A stretch of 64,000 nucleotides of DNA from an uncultured Acidimicrobiia bacterium (GTDB lineage Bacteria; Actinomycetota; Acidimicrobiia; Acidimicrobiales; AC-14), in NCBI GenBank assembly GCA_963836205.1, contig CAWIIV010000015.1:423323-487322 (forward strand). The letters are read 5' to 3'. The first letter of the stretch is position 1, and each line of letters begins with the position of its first letter. Shown piece after piece: positions 9,596 through 18,972 of the stretch. The notes under the pieces are model-generated. The model was not told where the DNA came from and did no database searches. It saw nothing but the letters and a program-made list of their open reading frames with translations. The position numbers were made by a program, and so were the translations under genes.

Positions 9596-10819
9596 GTGAT
9601 TCCCCTCGAGGACGCCCGGGCCCGGGTCCTCGCCGCCTGCACACCCCTGCCGCCCCGGTCGGTGTCGCTGGCCGACGCCCTCGGACGGGTACTCGCCGAC
9701 CGGGTCGTGTCCGACATCGACGTGCCGCCCTTCGCCAACACGGCGATGGACGGCTTCGCGGTGCGGGCGGCGGATACCGCGGACGCGCCGGTGGCCCTGG
9801 CCGTGGTCGGCACCCTGGCCGCCGGCGGCGACCCGGCCGGCATCACTGTCGGACCGGGGCAGGCGGTCCGCATCATGACGGGGGCGCCCATGCCCGAGGG
9901 CGCCGACGCGATCGTGATGGTCGAGCGCACGGCGACCGCGGGCGACACGGTGACGGTGGAAGTAGCGGCCAACCCCGGCGACCACGTCCGGGCCGCGGGC
10001 GACGACTTGCAACGGGGACAGGAGGTCTTCGACGCCGGCACCCTGCTCACGCCCGGCCACCTCGGGGTCCTGGCCAGCCTGGGACTGGCGGACGTGACCG
10101 TCTTCCCCGCAGCCCGGGTGGGGGTGCTGTCCACCGGCGACGAGCTGGTCGAAGGGGACGCGCCCCTGCGCCCGGGTCAGATCCGGGACTCCAACCGGCC
10201 CACCCTGTTGGCCATGGTGCGGGAGGCAGGCTGCGAGGCGGTCGACCTCGGGACGGCCCGGGACGACGAGGACGCCATCCGGTCGAAGCTGGAGGAAGGC
10301 CTGGCCATCTGCGACGCGGTGGTCACCTCGGGCGGGGTGAGCGTGGGCGACTTCGACTACGTGAAGGTCGTGCTCGACAAGATCGGGCGCATGGACTGGT
10401 GGCAGGTGGCAATCCGCCCGGCCAAGCCGTTCGCCTTCGGGGTGGCCGGTCCCCGGGAGACCCCCGTGTTCGGCCTCCCGGGCAACCCGGTGTCGTCGAT
10501 GGTCTCGTTCGAGCTGTTCGTCCGGCCCGGGCTGCGGCGGATGATGGGCCACCCGCCCGAGCGCCTGCTGCGGCCGACGGTGCCCGCCGTTGCCGACGAA
10601 GCCCTCCCCCGGCGGCCCGACGGCAAGCTCCACCTCGATCGGGTGGTCGCCGTGAACGGCACCGACGGCCGCATTCACGTGCGCCGGTCGGGCGGCCAGG
10701 CGTCCCACCTGCTGCGGGCCATGGCCCTGGCCAACGCGTTGGCCCTCGTCCCCGACGGCGACGGCGTGCCCGCCGGCGGTACGGTCGACGTGATGGTCCT
10801 CGGTACAGTCGAGGGGTGA
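9596..10819 (+). CDS. moeA: Molybdopterin molybdotransferase
   Basis: AMDGFAV, IMTGAPMP, STGDEL, SGGVSVGDFD, GLPGNPVS. Confidence 0.96.
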   Translation: MIPLEDARARVLAACTPLPPRSVSLADALGRVLADRVVSDIDVPPFANTAMDGFAVRAADTADAPVALAVVGTLAAGGDPAGITVGPGQAVRIMTGAPMPEGADAIVMVERTATAGDTVTVEVAANPGDHVRAAGDDLQRGQEVFDAGTLLTPGHLGVLASLGLADVTVFPAARVGVLSTGDELVEGDAPLRPGQIRDSNRPTLLAMVREAGCEAVDLGTARDDEDAIRSKLEEGLAICDAVVTSGGVSVGDFDYVKVVLDKIGRMDWWQVAIRPAKPFAFGVAGPRETPVFGLPGNPVSSMVSFELFVRPGLRRMMGHPPERLLRPTVPAVADEALPRRPDGKLHLDRVVAVNGTDGRIHVRRSGGQASHLLRAMALANALALVPDGDGVPAGGTVDVMVLGTVEG

Positions 10820-11811
10820 CCTCTCCGCCGGTCCCGCTGGTCGACCCGTTCGACCGCGTGGTGCGCGATTTGCGCATTTCGGTCACCGACCGTTGCAACT
10901 TCCGGTGCAGCTACTGCATGCCCGAGGAGGGGCTGGACTGGGTGCCCCGCGGCGAGATCCTCACCTTCGAGGAGATCGAGCGGGTAGCGAGGCTGTGCGT
11001 GGAGCGATGGGGCTTCACCGGGATCCGCCTCACCGGCGGCGAGCCCACGGTGCGGGCCGGCCTGCCGACGCTGGTGGCCAAGCTGGCCGCCCTGGGCGTC
11101 GACCTGTCCCTCACCACCAACGGGGCCAGCCTGCGCCTGCTGGCCCACAACCTTGCCGCCGCCGGCCTCCAGCGCATCAACATCTCGTGCGACTCCCTGC
11201 GGGCCGACCGCTTCCGGGCCATCACCCACCGCGACGCCCTCCACCAGGTGCTCGACGGCATCGACGCCGCCCTCGATGCCGGATTCTCCCCCGTCAAGGT
11301 CAACGCCGTCCTCATGCGGGGGGTCAACGACGACGAGGTGGTCGATTTCGCCACCTTCGGCCGGGAGAGGGGCGTCGTCGTCCGCTTCATCGAGTTCATG
11401 CCCCTCGACGCCGACGGCGCCTGGACCGGCGACCAGGTCGTCTCCGCCACCGAGATCCTGGCCGCCATCGGGGCCGTCTACCCCCTGGAGCCGGTGGCCC
11501 AGCGGGGCTCGCAGCCGGCCGAGCGGTTCGTGTACGCCGACGGTGGCGGCGAGATCGGCGTCGTCCCCAGCGTCACCCGCAGCTTCTGCGGTTCGTGCGA
11601 CCGGGTCCGGCTGACGGCGGAGGGGATGTTCCGCAACTGCCTGTTCGCCACCCGGGAGACCGATCTGCGGTCCCTGCTGCGGGGCGGGGCGTCCGACGAC
11701 GACCTGGCCGCAGCCATCGAGGCCGACGTCGGCCAGAAGTGGGCGGGCCACTCCATCGGACAGGTCCGCTTCGTGCGACCGGCTCGCAGCATGAGCCAGA
11801 TCGGCGGCTGA
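10816..11811 (+). CDS. moaA: GTP 3',8-cyclase
   Basis: LRISVTDRCNFRCSYCMP, TGGEP, FCGSCDRVRL, C-terminal IGG. Confidence 0.96.
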   Translation: MTSPPVPLVDPFDRVVRDLRISVTDRCNFRCSYCMPEEGLDWVPRGEILTFEEIERVARLCVERWGFTGIRLTGGEPTVRAGLPTLVAKLAALGVDLSLTTNGASLRLLAHNLAAAGLQRINISCDSLRADRFRAITHRDALHQVLDGIDAALDAGFSPVKVNAVLMRGVNDDEVVDFATFGRERGVVVRFIEFMPLDADGAWTGDQVVSATEILAAIGAVYPLEPVAQRGSQPAERFVYADGGGEIGVVPSVTRSFCGSCDRVRLTAEGMFRNCLFATRETDLRSLLRGGASDDDLAAAIEADVGQKWAGHSIGQVRFVRPARSMSQIGG

Positions 11812-11836
11812 GCGGGAGGTCGGTAGACTCCTGCCC

Positions 11837-12352
11837 GTGACCGACCGTGGACTGACCCATCTCGACCCCCTGGGCCGGGCCCGCATGGTCGACGTCACCC
11901 CCAAGGAGGCCACCCATCGCCGGGCGTTGGCCCGGTGCAAGGTGATGATGCAGCCGGAGACGACGTCGCGGGTGGCCACCAACGCCATCACCAAGGGCGA
12001 CGTGCTGGCCGTGGCCCGGGTGGCCGGGATCCAGGCGGCCAAGCAGACTCCGATGCTCATCCCCCTCTGCCACCCACTCCTCGTGGGATCCGTCTTCGTG
12101 AACTTCACGATCGGTGACGATTGCGTCGAGGTCGAGGCCCAGGTGGAGACCGTCGACCGCACCGGGGTGGAGATGGAGGCCCTCACCGCCTGCGCGGTGG
12201 CGGCGCTCACGATCTACGACATGTGCAAGTCGGTCGACCGTTCGATGAGCATCGGCGAGCTCACCCTGTGGGAGAAGACGGGCGGGCGATCAGGCATCTA
12301 CCGGCGTCCGGTCGAGGCCGAAACCGGCCCCGGTAAACCGGCCGGAGCCTGA
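11837..12352 (+). CDS. moaC: Cyclic pyranopterin monophosphate synthase
   Basis: MVDV, KGDVL, LIPLCHP, TGVEMEALT, IYDMCKS, KTGG. Confidence 0.96.
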   Translation: MTDRGLTHLDPLGRARMVDVTPKEATHRRALARCKVMMQPETTSRVATNAITKGDVLAVARVAGIQAAKQTPMLIPLCHPLLVGSVFVNFTIGDDCVEVEAQVETVDRTGVEMEALTACAVAALTIYDMCKSVDRSMSIGELTLWEKTGGRSGIYRRPVEAETGPGKPAGA

Positions 12353-12485
12353 AGAATCATCCCCTCGCGGGCTTGCCCGGCCGTCGAACGGCCTAGTAGA
12401 ACTGGTCGGTGCCACTTCCCCACCATCCGCGTTTCGCGGGCGGTCGCGCAGTACGGTCCCTCGAGGAAAAGGTAGGTCGAGGAGC

Positions 12486-13118
12486 GTGACCTTGGTTCTT
12501 CTGGTCCTCGCAGTTGTCTGGGCAGCTGTCCTCATCCCCCCCGCGCTCCGTGCGCGTCAGGAGGGGCGACCGAGCGACTCGATCAGCAACTTCCGGCGGC
12601 AGCTAGCCGTGCTCCGCCGCACCGGGCCGAAGAACAGCCGTGGCAGCGCCGACCACTGGGCTCGTCCCTACGCCTCGCCGTCGCCCACGCTCGCCAGCGT
12701 GAGCCGCCTCCATACCGCCCAGGCCGCCCCCGGTCGGCCCCGGCCGTACCTGGCTCCGTCGGGCGGCGGGCCGGCCCCCGGGCGCATGCCACCCATGGCG
12801 ATCGCCGGGCGGCCTCGGGTCAACGCCTCCGCCACCCGCAGCCGCACCCTCCGCCGCCGGCGCGACGTCCTCACCGGCCTGGCCGCCACCGTGGCCGTCA
12901 GCCTGGTGCTGGCCGTCGTCACCGGGCTGGCCTCGATCTTCGTGCTGCTCCACATCCTCGCCGACGTGCTGCTCGTCGCCTACGTGGCGCTCCTGATCCA
13001 CCAGCGCAACGCGGCCGCCGAGCGCGACATGAACGTCCGCTTCCTCCCGAACACCGGCAGCTTCGACCCGTCGCTCATGCCTGGTGAGCCGGCGTTGCTC
13101 CGGCGCTCGGCCAACTAG
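12486..13118 (+). CDS. Membrane protein, GlpR/SepX-like
   Basis: N-terminal TM with VWAAVLIP, RRRR followed by two TMs; position between moeA and tRNA-Ala matches actinobacterial synteny. Confidence 0.55.
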   Translation: MTLVLLVLAVVWAAVLIPPALRARQEGRPSDSISNFRRQLAVLRRTGPKNSRGSADHWARPYASPSPTLASVSRLHTAQAAPGRPRPYLAPSGGGPAPGRMPPMAIAGRPRVNASATRSRTLRRRRDVLTGLAATVAVSLVLAVVTGLASIFVLLHILADVLLVAYVALLIHQRNAAAERDMNVRFLPNTGSFDPSLMPGEPALLRRSAN

Positions 13119-13147
13119 CCCTCCGTCCCCGACAGCGGCGGCGGCCA

Positions 13148-13792
13148 ATGTCACCCGACCGGGCCGCCGAGCTGGCCATCCTGGGCCACGACCTCCACCA
13201 GCACCTGGGCGCCTCGTCGCGGGCGCGGGAGGTGGCGCTCCCCGCCTGCCGGCAGACGATCCAAGCCTGTGGACGCTCGATCCGGGCCGTCCATCGCCAG
13301 GAGCCCGAGGTCGCCGCCCGCCTGGCCGACGAGGCCGCCGGGCACCTGCGCACGGCCCAGGAGGCGCTGAGCCCCTACCCGGCCCTGGCCGCCAGCGGAC
13401 CGCTGCACGACGCGGAGAAGGAGTACGCCGAGGCCCGCCTCACCGCGGCCATGGTCGACGAGCGGCCGTTGCCGTCGTACTCCGAGCTGGCCGTGTCGGG
13501 CTCGGCCTGGCTCGGCGGCCTGGCCGAGGCCGCCAGCGAGCTGCGGCGCCACCTGCTCGATCGGTTGCGCGACGGCGAGCTGGCCCGGTCGGAGCGGTTG
13601 CTGGAGGCGATGGACGACGCCTACGGCCTGCTCATCACCATCGACTACCCCGACGCCGTCACCGGCGGCCTGCGCCGGACCACCGACGCGCTGCGGGCGG
13701 TGCTCGAGCGGACGCGAGGCGACCTCACCACGACGGTGCTCCAGTCCAGGCTCCAACAGGCCCTCGAACGCCACGTGCCGCCAGCCGGGTGA
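13148..13792 (+). CDS. Translin/TRAX-family protein
   Basis: All-helical; KEYAEA, GLAEAASELRR and GLRRTTD match the TRAX-type EYxEA, GLxDxxGELxR and LRRKxD motifs. Confidence 0.8.
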   Translation: MSPDRAAELAILGHDLHQHLGASSRAREVALPACRQTIQACGRSIRAVHRQEPEVAARLADEAAGHLRTAQEALSPYPALAASGPLHDAEKEYAEARLTAAMVDERPLPSYSELAVSGSAWLGGLAEAASELRRHLLDRLRDGELARSERLLEAMDDAYGLLITIDYPDAVTGGLRRTTDALRAVLERTRGDLTTTVLQSRLQQALERHVPPAG

Positions 13793-13822
13793 CCACCCTC
13801 CGCTAGCCTGGGAGTCCCGCCA

Positions 13823-13895
13823 GGGGGTGTAGCTCAGCTGGTAGAGCGCCACGTTCGCAACGTGGAAGTCGGCGGTTCGAGTCCGCTCACCTCCA
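13823..13895 (+). tRNA. tRNA-Ala(CGC)
   Basis: Acceptor stem GGGGGTG/CACCTCC with G3:U70, anticodon arm CCACG-TTCGCAA-CGTGG, GTTCGAGT T-loop; CCA not encoded. Confidence 0.97.
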
Positions 13896-14023
13896 CTCCG
13901 TCGAGAACAGACCGGCGACGTCGGGACGACCGAGAGCGTCGTCGTCCCTGCCCCGGCGATATGGCCGCTGGTGTCAGCGCGCAGGGGGGCGCTATTGGGT
14001 ATGCGCCGAACGGCAAGTGGGCG

Positions 14024-14325
14024 TCATGACTGATCGATCTCAATGCCGAACAGGATGATGGAGCCGTCCGTGTGCAGCTGGCCCACGATGACGGCTGCGG
14101 CGACAAGGCTTCCTGTGGTCGCGAGGTATCGGTAATCCGTTCGGCGTCGTACATAGCCGGTAGGTCATCGAAGGACGTGGCGAACATGTCGGCGATCGAC
14201 GGCAGGTCGATCAGCAGGAAGTCGCTACTGGAGGGCTCGCCGTTGTCCCCTCGGGTGTCATCGAGCTGCGCGTCGAGTTCGGCAAAGAACTGTGGGTCGA
14301 CCCGGACGGGGCGGCGTTGGGTCAA
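14024..14325 (-). CDS. Hypothetical ~100-aa protein, toxin-like (frameshift near 14140)
   Basis: TTG start overlaps the upstream stop; corrected C-terminus DYRYLATTGSLVAAAVIVGQLHTDGSIILFGIEIDQS*. Confidence 0.5.
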
Positions 14326-14507
14326 TGCTTCGCGTCGGCGCCTTCGGTCGCGGCAATTCGGGCATCCGCCTTGCGTCGGGCACGGGCGAGAAGGTCAGGG
14401 GCAACGGCCGCGGGGTCAGTGACAAACCCTGCTCGGACCGCCGCGTCACGCTCGTCGGGCGACAGCGCTTCAAGCTCGGCCGCAGTTCGGACTCGCTCGC
14501 CGCTCAC
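14322..14507 (-). CDS. Hypothetical 61-aa helical protein, antitoxin-like
   Basis: GTG just downstream of a TACCGT -10 (leaderless); coupled to the downstream gene. Confidence 0.55.
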   Translation of the reverse strand: MSGERVRTAAELEALSPDERDAAVRAGFVTDPAAVAPDLLARARRKADARIAATEGADAKH

Positions 14508-14570
14508 GTACTCACGGTACTGCGGAGCGGACAGAGAGTTGGTCAACACCGCGGACGCCGCCGGGTGCCT

Positions 14571-14969
14571 CTACTTTGCGATTGGATCGATCTCGAACTC
14601 GAAGTCCGCCGCTCGGAACGTGACGCTGAAGAAGCGGAAGAACGAGGCCTGACCGAGCAAACCCCACGCGTACGGCCAGGGGTCGCAGAACCCGGCTACG
14701 GCCTCCCACACCCGACCGCCGGCCCCGAACCGGACGGTGACGAACGTCGCTGACGTCGACGTGCCCCCGATGCCCAAGATTCGAGACTGTCCCTCGGACA
14801 GCGGCAGAGCAGCAGCCTGCGCGACCCAGGTCGGCAGCAGCGTGTGCACTGAACCGCTGTCCACGAGGCACGGCACCAGCACATCGTCCATGTCCTCGAT
14901 GACAACGTCGAGTACCGGGCGTGGCACGCCGCCCGCCTCGTCCGGCAACTCCGTGTAGGGCACGATCAC
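14571..14969 (-). CDS. Retropepsin-like aspartyl protease
   Basis: LVDSGS catalytic motif, GIGG flap, GLLGQ-FF motif. Confidence 0.8.
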   Translation of the reverse strand: MIVPYTELPDEAGGVPRPVLDVVIEDMDDVLVPCLVDSGSVHTLLPTWVAQAAALPLSEGQSRILGIGGTSTSATFVTVRFGAGGRVWEAVAGFCDPWPYAWGLLGQASFFRFFSVTFRAADFEFEIDPIAK

Positions 14970-15436
14970 GGCGTGGAAAGTGCAGACCCAGCCTGCTCTG
15001 GGCTGGCCGGTACCCGCCAGACTCTGGCGCGTCGCCCATGCCGACGGAGCCACCCCAACACGGTTTGGACGTCGTCAGCGGCGAAGAGAATCTCGACGCC
15101 GTCCTGGGCGACCCATTGACCGAGGTGCGCTTGCAGGAGCGCGGCCTCGGCACCCCCGCGAGGTCCTTGGTGACCAGCAACGCCGGGAACGACCTGCTCG
15201 CTGCGGCGGTACACCCCAAACCCGACTCGACGCAGCACGGCCCGTGCCTGATGGGTCGTGAAATCCGCCCGGTCGAGACCCGTGACGACCGCCAGCACTT
15301 GCTTGGGCGGAAATCGGCGGCCTCTCACCACGACGTAGTGCTCGTTCACCGGCTCCGGCTCCACGGTCTCCAACAGCGACTCGATGTGGCCGCCATCGAG
15401 TTCGAATCGACATCCGGCGACGGTCGCAACGGTCAT
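14966..15436 (-). CDS. Hypothetical protein: N-terminal SCO5918-like domain plus C-terminal DUF5678-like domain
   Basis: YVVVRGRRFPPKQV...FTTHQARAVLRRVGF; GQWVA...ILFAADD; GTGA overlap with the protease. Confidence 0.6.
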   Translation of the reverse strand: MTVATVAGCRFELDGGHIESLLETVEPEPVNEHYVVVRGRRFPPKQVLAVVTGLDRADFTTHQARAVLRRVGFGVYRRSEQVVPGVAGHQGPRGGAEAALLQAHLGQWVAQDGVEILFAADDVQTVLGWLRRHGRRARVWRVPASPEQAGSALSTP

Positions 15437-15498
15437 GGCGATTCCCTTCTCTACTAGGTACTCTCTGGTCTGTACTTACTGAAGGGTACCCCCGAGCG

Positions 15499-15529
15499 GA
15501 GCGCCCTCGGGCCGTTCGGGAGGGCGCTC
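15499..15529. terminator. GC-rich hairpin
   Basis: GAGCGCCCTC-N11-GAGGGCGCTC. Confidence 0.4.
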
Positions 15530-15745
15530 GATCGTGATGCCGCCGGCGCCGGGTCGATCGGATCAGATCACTGTCCGCGCCGGACCACCAGGCGTCAACA
15601 GCTACGGGGCCGCTGCGGCACGCTCGATCCGCAACATCCGCTCGTCCACGTTCGGTACCCGACCGGTCAGCATGAGGGCCGGCGTTCCGTTCCCCGCCCG
15701 GCCGGCTCGCGGAGACGGCCGCGACGGTCCCCTACAGTCGGGGTC

Positions 15746-16192
15746 ATGGCCCTCGAAGGGGAGTACGAGCCGAGCCCGCAGCAGTGGGTCCGGGACCAGG
15801 TCGACGAGTATGAGAGCTCGGGAGGCCAGCGGGGGATCACGCTCCTCGACACCGGACTGCCGGTCATCATCGTGACCTCTCGCGGCAACAGGACCGGCAA
15901 GCTCCGGAAGACCCCGCTGATGCGGGTGGAGCACGACGGCGAGTACGCACTGGTCGCCTCACGAGGGGGGGCGCCCACCCATCCGGTCTGGTATTACAAC
16001 CTCAAGGCCAGCCCGGAGACCGTCGTGATTCAGGACGGCCCTACCGTTTTCGACGCCCGCATACGTGAGTTGAGCGGAGACGAGCGGGCCGAGTGGTGGG
16101 AGCGCGCCGTCGCCGCGTTCCCGCCCTATGCCGAGTACCAGACGAAGACCGAGCGCGCGATACCCGTGTTCGTAGCCAGCCGCCGGAGCTGA
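15746..16192 (+). CDS. Deazaflavin (F420)-dependent nitroreductase family protein
   Basis: [41 protein letters not shown]. Confidence 0.92.
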   Translation: MALEGEYEPSPQQWVRDQVDEYESSGGQRGITLLDTGLPVIIVTSRGNRTGKLRKTPLMRVEHDGEYALVASRGGAPTHPVWYYNLKASPETVVIQDGPTVFDARIRELSGDERAEWWERAVAAFPPYAEYQTKTERAIPVFVASRRS

Positions 16193-16318
16193 CTTCGTAG
16201 GGTTCCTGGTAGTCGATCAAGCCAAGGTTCTGCGCCGTGGATACGCGTACAACGCAAGCCCGTCTAACCGTGATCGTTCACGAGCCCCGTCGAGCCGACG
16301 GCTGACGGTCCGCGAAAA

Positions 16319-16965
16319 GGCCCTCCCAGCAGCGAAAACTGCATGTGACGAAGCACGCAGGACCCGAGCGAGGAGGGCACTTCCGAGGTGAACGCTACAC
16401 GCGCCGTCGAGCCGTTGGTGGTGACCCAGGGCGACACCCAGGCCGCCTCCCTGGTGGGCATGCACCTTCTCGGGAATCTTGCCGATCGCCTCGGCCTGAC
16501 TTCGGCCTATTTCGACAGCCGTGCCCTGGACCGGTGAGCGGGCTCCCGGTCAGGACCGGGGTCGGTTGTTCGCCCAGGTGGCGGTGATGCTGGCCGGCGG
16601 CGGGGAGTGCGTCACCGACATGGCCGCGCTGCGGGACCAACCCGAGCTGTTCGGCGACGTCGCCTCCTCGGCCACCATCTGGCGCGCCGTCCGCGAGATC
16701 GACGAGACCGTGCTGGGCGACCTGCGCGTCGGTCGGGCCGCGGCCAGAGCCACGGCCTGGGCATCGCTCGACGTTCCCGACGAGGTCATCCTCGACATCG
16801 CCAGGGTGGAGAACTGCAGCAAGGACCTGCGCGACAGCGGTCTGGGCCGCATGCCGTTCGGCTCCTTCGCCATGAACCAGGCGTGGTTGGAGCTGGTGCT
16901 CACCGGAGCCGACCTGCTGGCCTGGCTGCCGGGGGGGTGCCTCGACGGCGAGTTGGCCAAGGATC
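16319..16965 (+). mobile_element. IS1380-family transposase remnant (frameshifted, large internal deletion)
   Basis: LADRLGLT, LAGGGECVTDMAALR..PELFGDVAS..TIWR joined directly to C-terminal RVENC.KDL...GLGRMPFGSFAMNQAWLEL. Confidence 0.75.
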
Positions 16966-17447
16966 GTCTTCCTGGTGCCTCAATATCGCGCCCGACGGGG
17001 GTAATGCTCGAGTGGTTGGATACGACATCGTGGCGGCCGGTGGCGCCCTCGTAAAGGGGGGAGATGGGCTCCGGCGCCAGTGCTAGGAGGGACGTAGCGA
17101 CGTAGCAGATGTGCGGCTCTCCGCTTCTTGAGGTAGACGGTCCACACTGAGCCATGGAGCCCCCCCTCTTTTTTTGCTGGAGTTGGTCCGACGCCGCAGG
17201 TTTTCACGAAGTCTCCTCGACGGCTGCGTTGACCATCGGGTTGATGTCGAGAACTGCTTCGCGAGGCCCTGAGCTCCTTCCAGCCGCCTGCTGGTATGCG
17301 GGAGCCGGTCATGGGTCGTCACCGTCTACGCGCAGGTCTCATGGCCGCCGACATTCGGCCGATCTGCAACCGCTGGGACTCCAGTGGTACCACCATCATC
17401 CGCGGGTCTGGCCCACACCGAACAACCGGTGTGCGAGGCGCGAGCGG

Positions 17448-18470
17448 TTGACCGGTGCCCGATTTCTGGCGGCAGCCGTCGCAATCGTCGCCCTGGCGGG
17501 CTGTGCCGGCGACGGCGACCGGCGTCAGGCCCGGTCCGATGTGCCCGAGCCGGCCTCGGCCCCGCCGGCGGTGGCGTTGGCCGACCTTCCCGGCCGCATC
17601 GTCCCCTTGGCCGGGGAGCCCGAGGGCCTCGTCTGGGACTCGACCACGGGCACGATCGCGGTCGCCGTCCGCAATCCCGGCGCGCTGGCCCTCGTGGACG
17701 CCGCCACCGGCAACGAGCGGACCCGTTTGCCTCTCGGCGGGGCCGCCCGCCACCTCCAACTGGCGGGTGCGGGCGGGCCGGTGCTGGTCCCGTCGGAGAA
17801 CGACGACCGCCTCTACCGCGTCGCTCTCCCGGACGGTCCGGCGGACGCGGGCACCCCCGTTGGCCGTCAACCCCACGATGCCGCGCCCGCGGCCGGGGGT
17901 CGGGTGTTCGTCGGCGACGAGCTGGCCGACACCGTCCACGTCCTGGAAGCGGACGGGTCCAGCCGGATCGTGGCCGCACCGGCCCAGCCCGGAGGCGTCG
18001 CGTCCGCCGTCGACGGCTCCGTCGTGGTCGTCGTCGGCGTGCGGGGACGGCGCATCGCCGCCTACGCACCCGACGGCCGCCAGCTCGGAGAGGCAGCGTG
18101 TGGCGTCGGGCCGACCCACGTGCGCGCCGGGGCCGCCGGAAGCGGGCTGTTCTACGTCGCCGACACCCAAGGCGACGCCGTGCTCGTGTTCCGGGCCGGG
18201 CCCGACGGCATCAGCCAGGTGGGCCGGGTGCGGACGGATGTCGGCGCTGCCCCCTACGGCCTCGCCTTCGACGCCCGCCGGTCACGCCTCTACGTCACCC
18301 TGACCGGCACCAACCAACTCCGCTCGTACCGGGTCGACGGCGCCACGCTCGTCGCCGAGCGGGTGTGGTCGACCCCTCGTCAGCCCAACGACGTGGCCGT
18401 CGACGACGCCACCGGGCGGGTGGTCGTGGCCGGGACCGCGGACGGCGTCCTCCAGTTCATCGAGCCCTGA
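17448..18470 (+). CDS. YncE-like beta-propeller lipoprotein
   Basis: Lipobox LAGC; repeated VG.QPHD / GPTH / APYGLA / QPNDVAVD blades. Confidence 0.75.
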   Translation: MTGARFLAAAVAIVALAGCAGDGDRRQARSDVPEPASAPPAVALADLPGRIVPLAGEPEGLVWDSTTGTIAVAVRNPGALALVDAATGNERTRLPLGGAARHLQLAGAGGPVLVPSENDDRLYRVALPDGPADAGTPVGRQPHDAAPAAGGRVFVGDELADTVHVLEADGSSRIVAAPAQPGGVASAVDGSVVVVVGVRGRRIAAYAPDGRQLGEAACGVGPTHVRAGAAGSGLFYVADTQGDAVLVFRAGPDGISQVGRVRTDVGAAPYGLAFDARRSRLYVTLTGTNQLRSYRVDGATLVAERVWSTPRQPNDVAVDDATGRVVVAGTADGVLQFIEP

Positions 18471-18589
18471 CCGGTCCCGTCTTCAGAGCCGAATGGCTGA
18501 CATAGGACGCCGACCAAGGGGGTAAGGCAGGGCCAGGTGATCGAGCCAGTGCCGCCTGACTCCGACAGACGAGGAACGAGAGGAGAATC

Positions 18590-18910
18590 ATGTTTTACGT
18601 CGCTCCCTGGGTAGCCAAGTTCTTGGCTGGGACCACCAAGGCGTATTACGCGGCACCGAAGGTCGCCGGGTACGCGGCGCACCGCACCGCGGCCGGGGCC
18701 GGATACGCGGCCCACCGCACGGCGGCCGGCGCAGGCTCTGCGGCCGCGACAGCCAAGGCGACGGCCACCGGCCGAACGGCACCGCACGCGGCCCGCAAGA
18801 TGGCACGTTCGTCGGCCAAGCAGGCGAAGTACATGGCGAAGGGGACACCGCACGCGACCCGCCAGGCGGCAGACGAGGCGGCCAAGCAGATGAAGCATCT
18901 AGCGAAGTAG
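18590..18910 (+). CDS. Small basic Ala-rich protein with duplicated AGYAAHRTAAG
   Basis: Strong AGGAG RBS; plausible codon usage. Confidence 0.6.
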   Translation: MFYVAPWVAKFLAGTTKAYYAAPKVAGYAAHRTAAGAGYAAHRTAAGAGSAAATAKATATGRTAPHAARKMARSSAKQAKYMAKGTPHATRQAADEAAKQMKHLAK

Positions 18911-18972
18911 CCCCAAGAGGCGCTTGCCATCGGCGTGCGGAGCGGGCCGCGGCCTGCTTGGCGCGCCGCCGG

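Noticed and set aside
17195-17220. Possible IS terminal inverted repeat (TTTTCACGAAGTCTC)
   Set aside because: No partner repeat or transposase found nearby.
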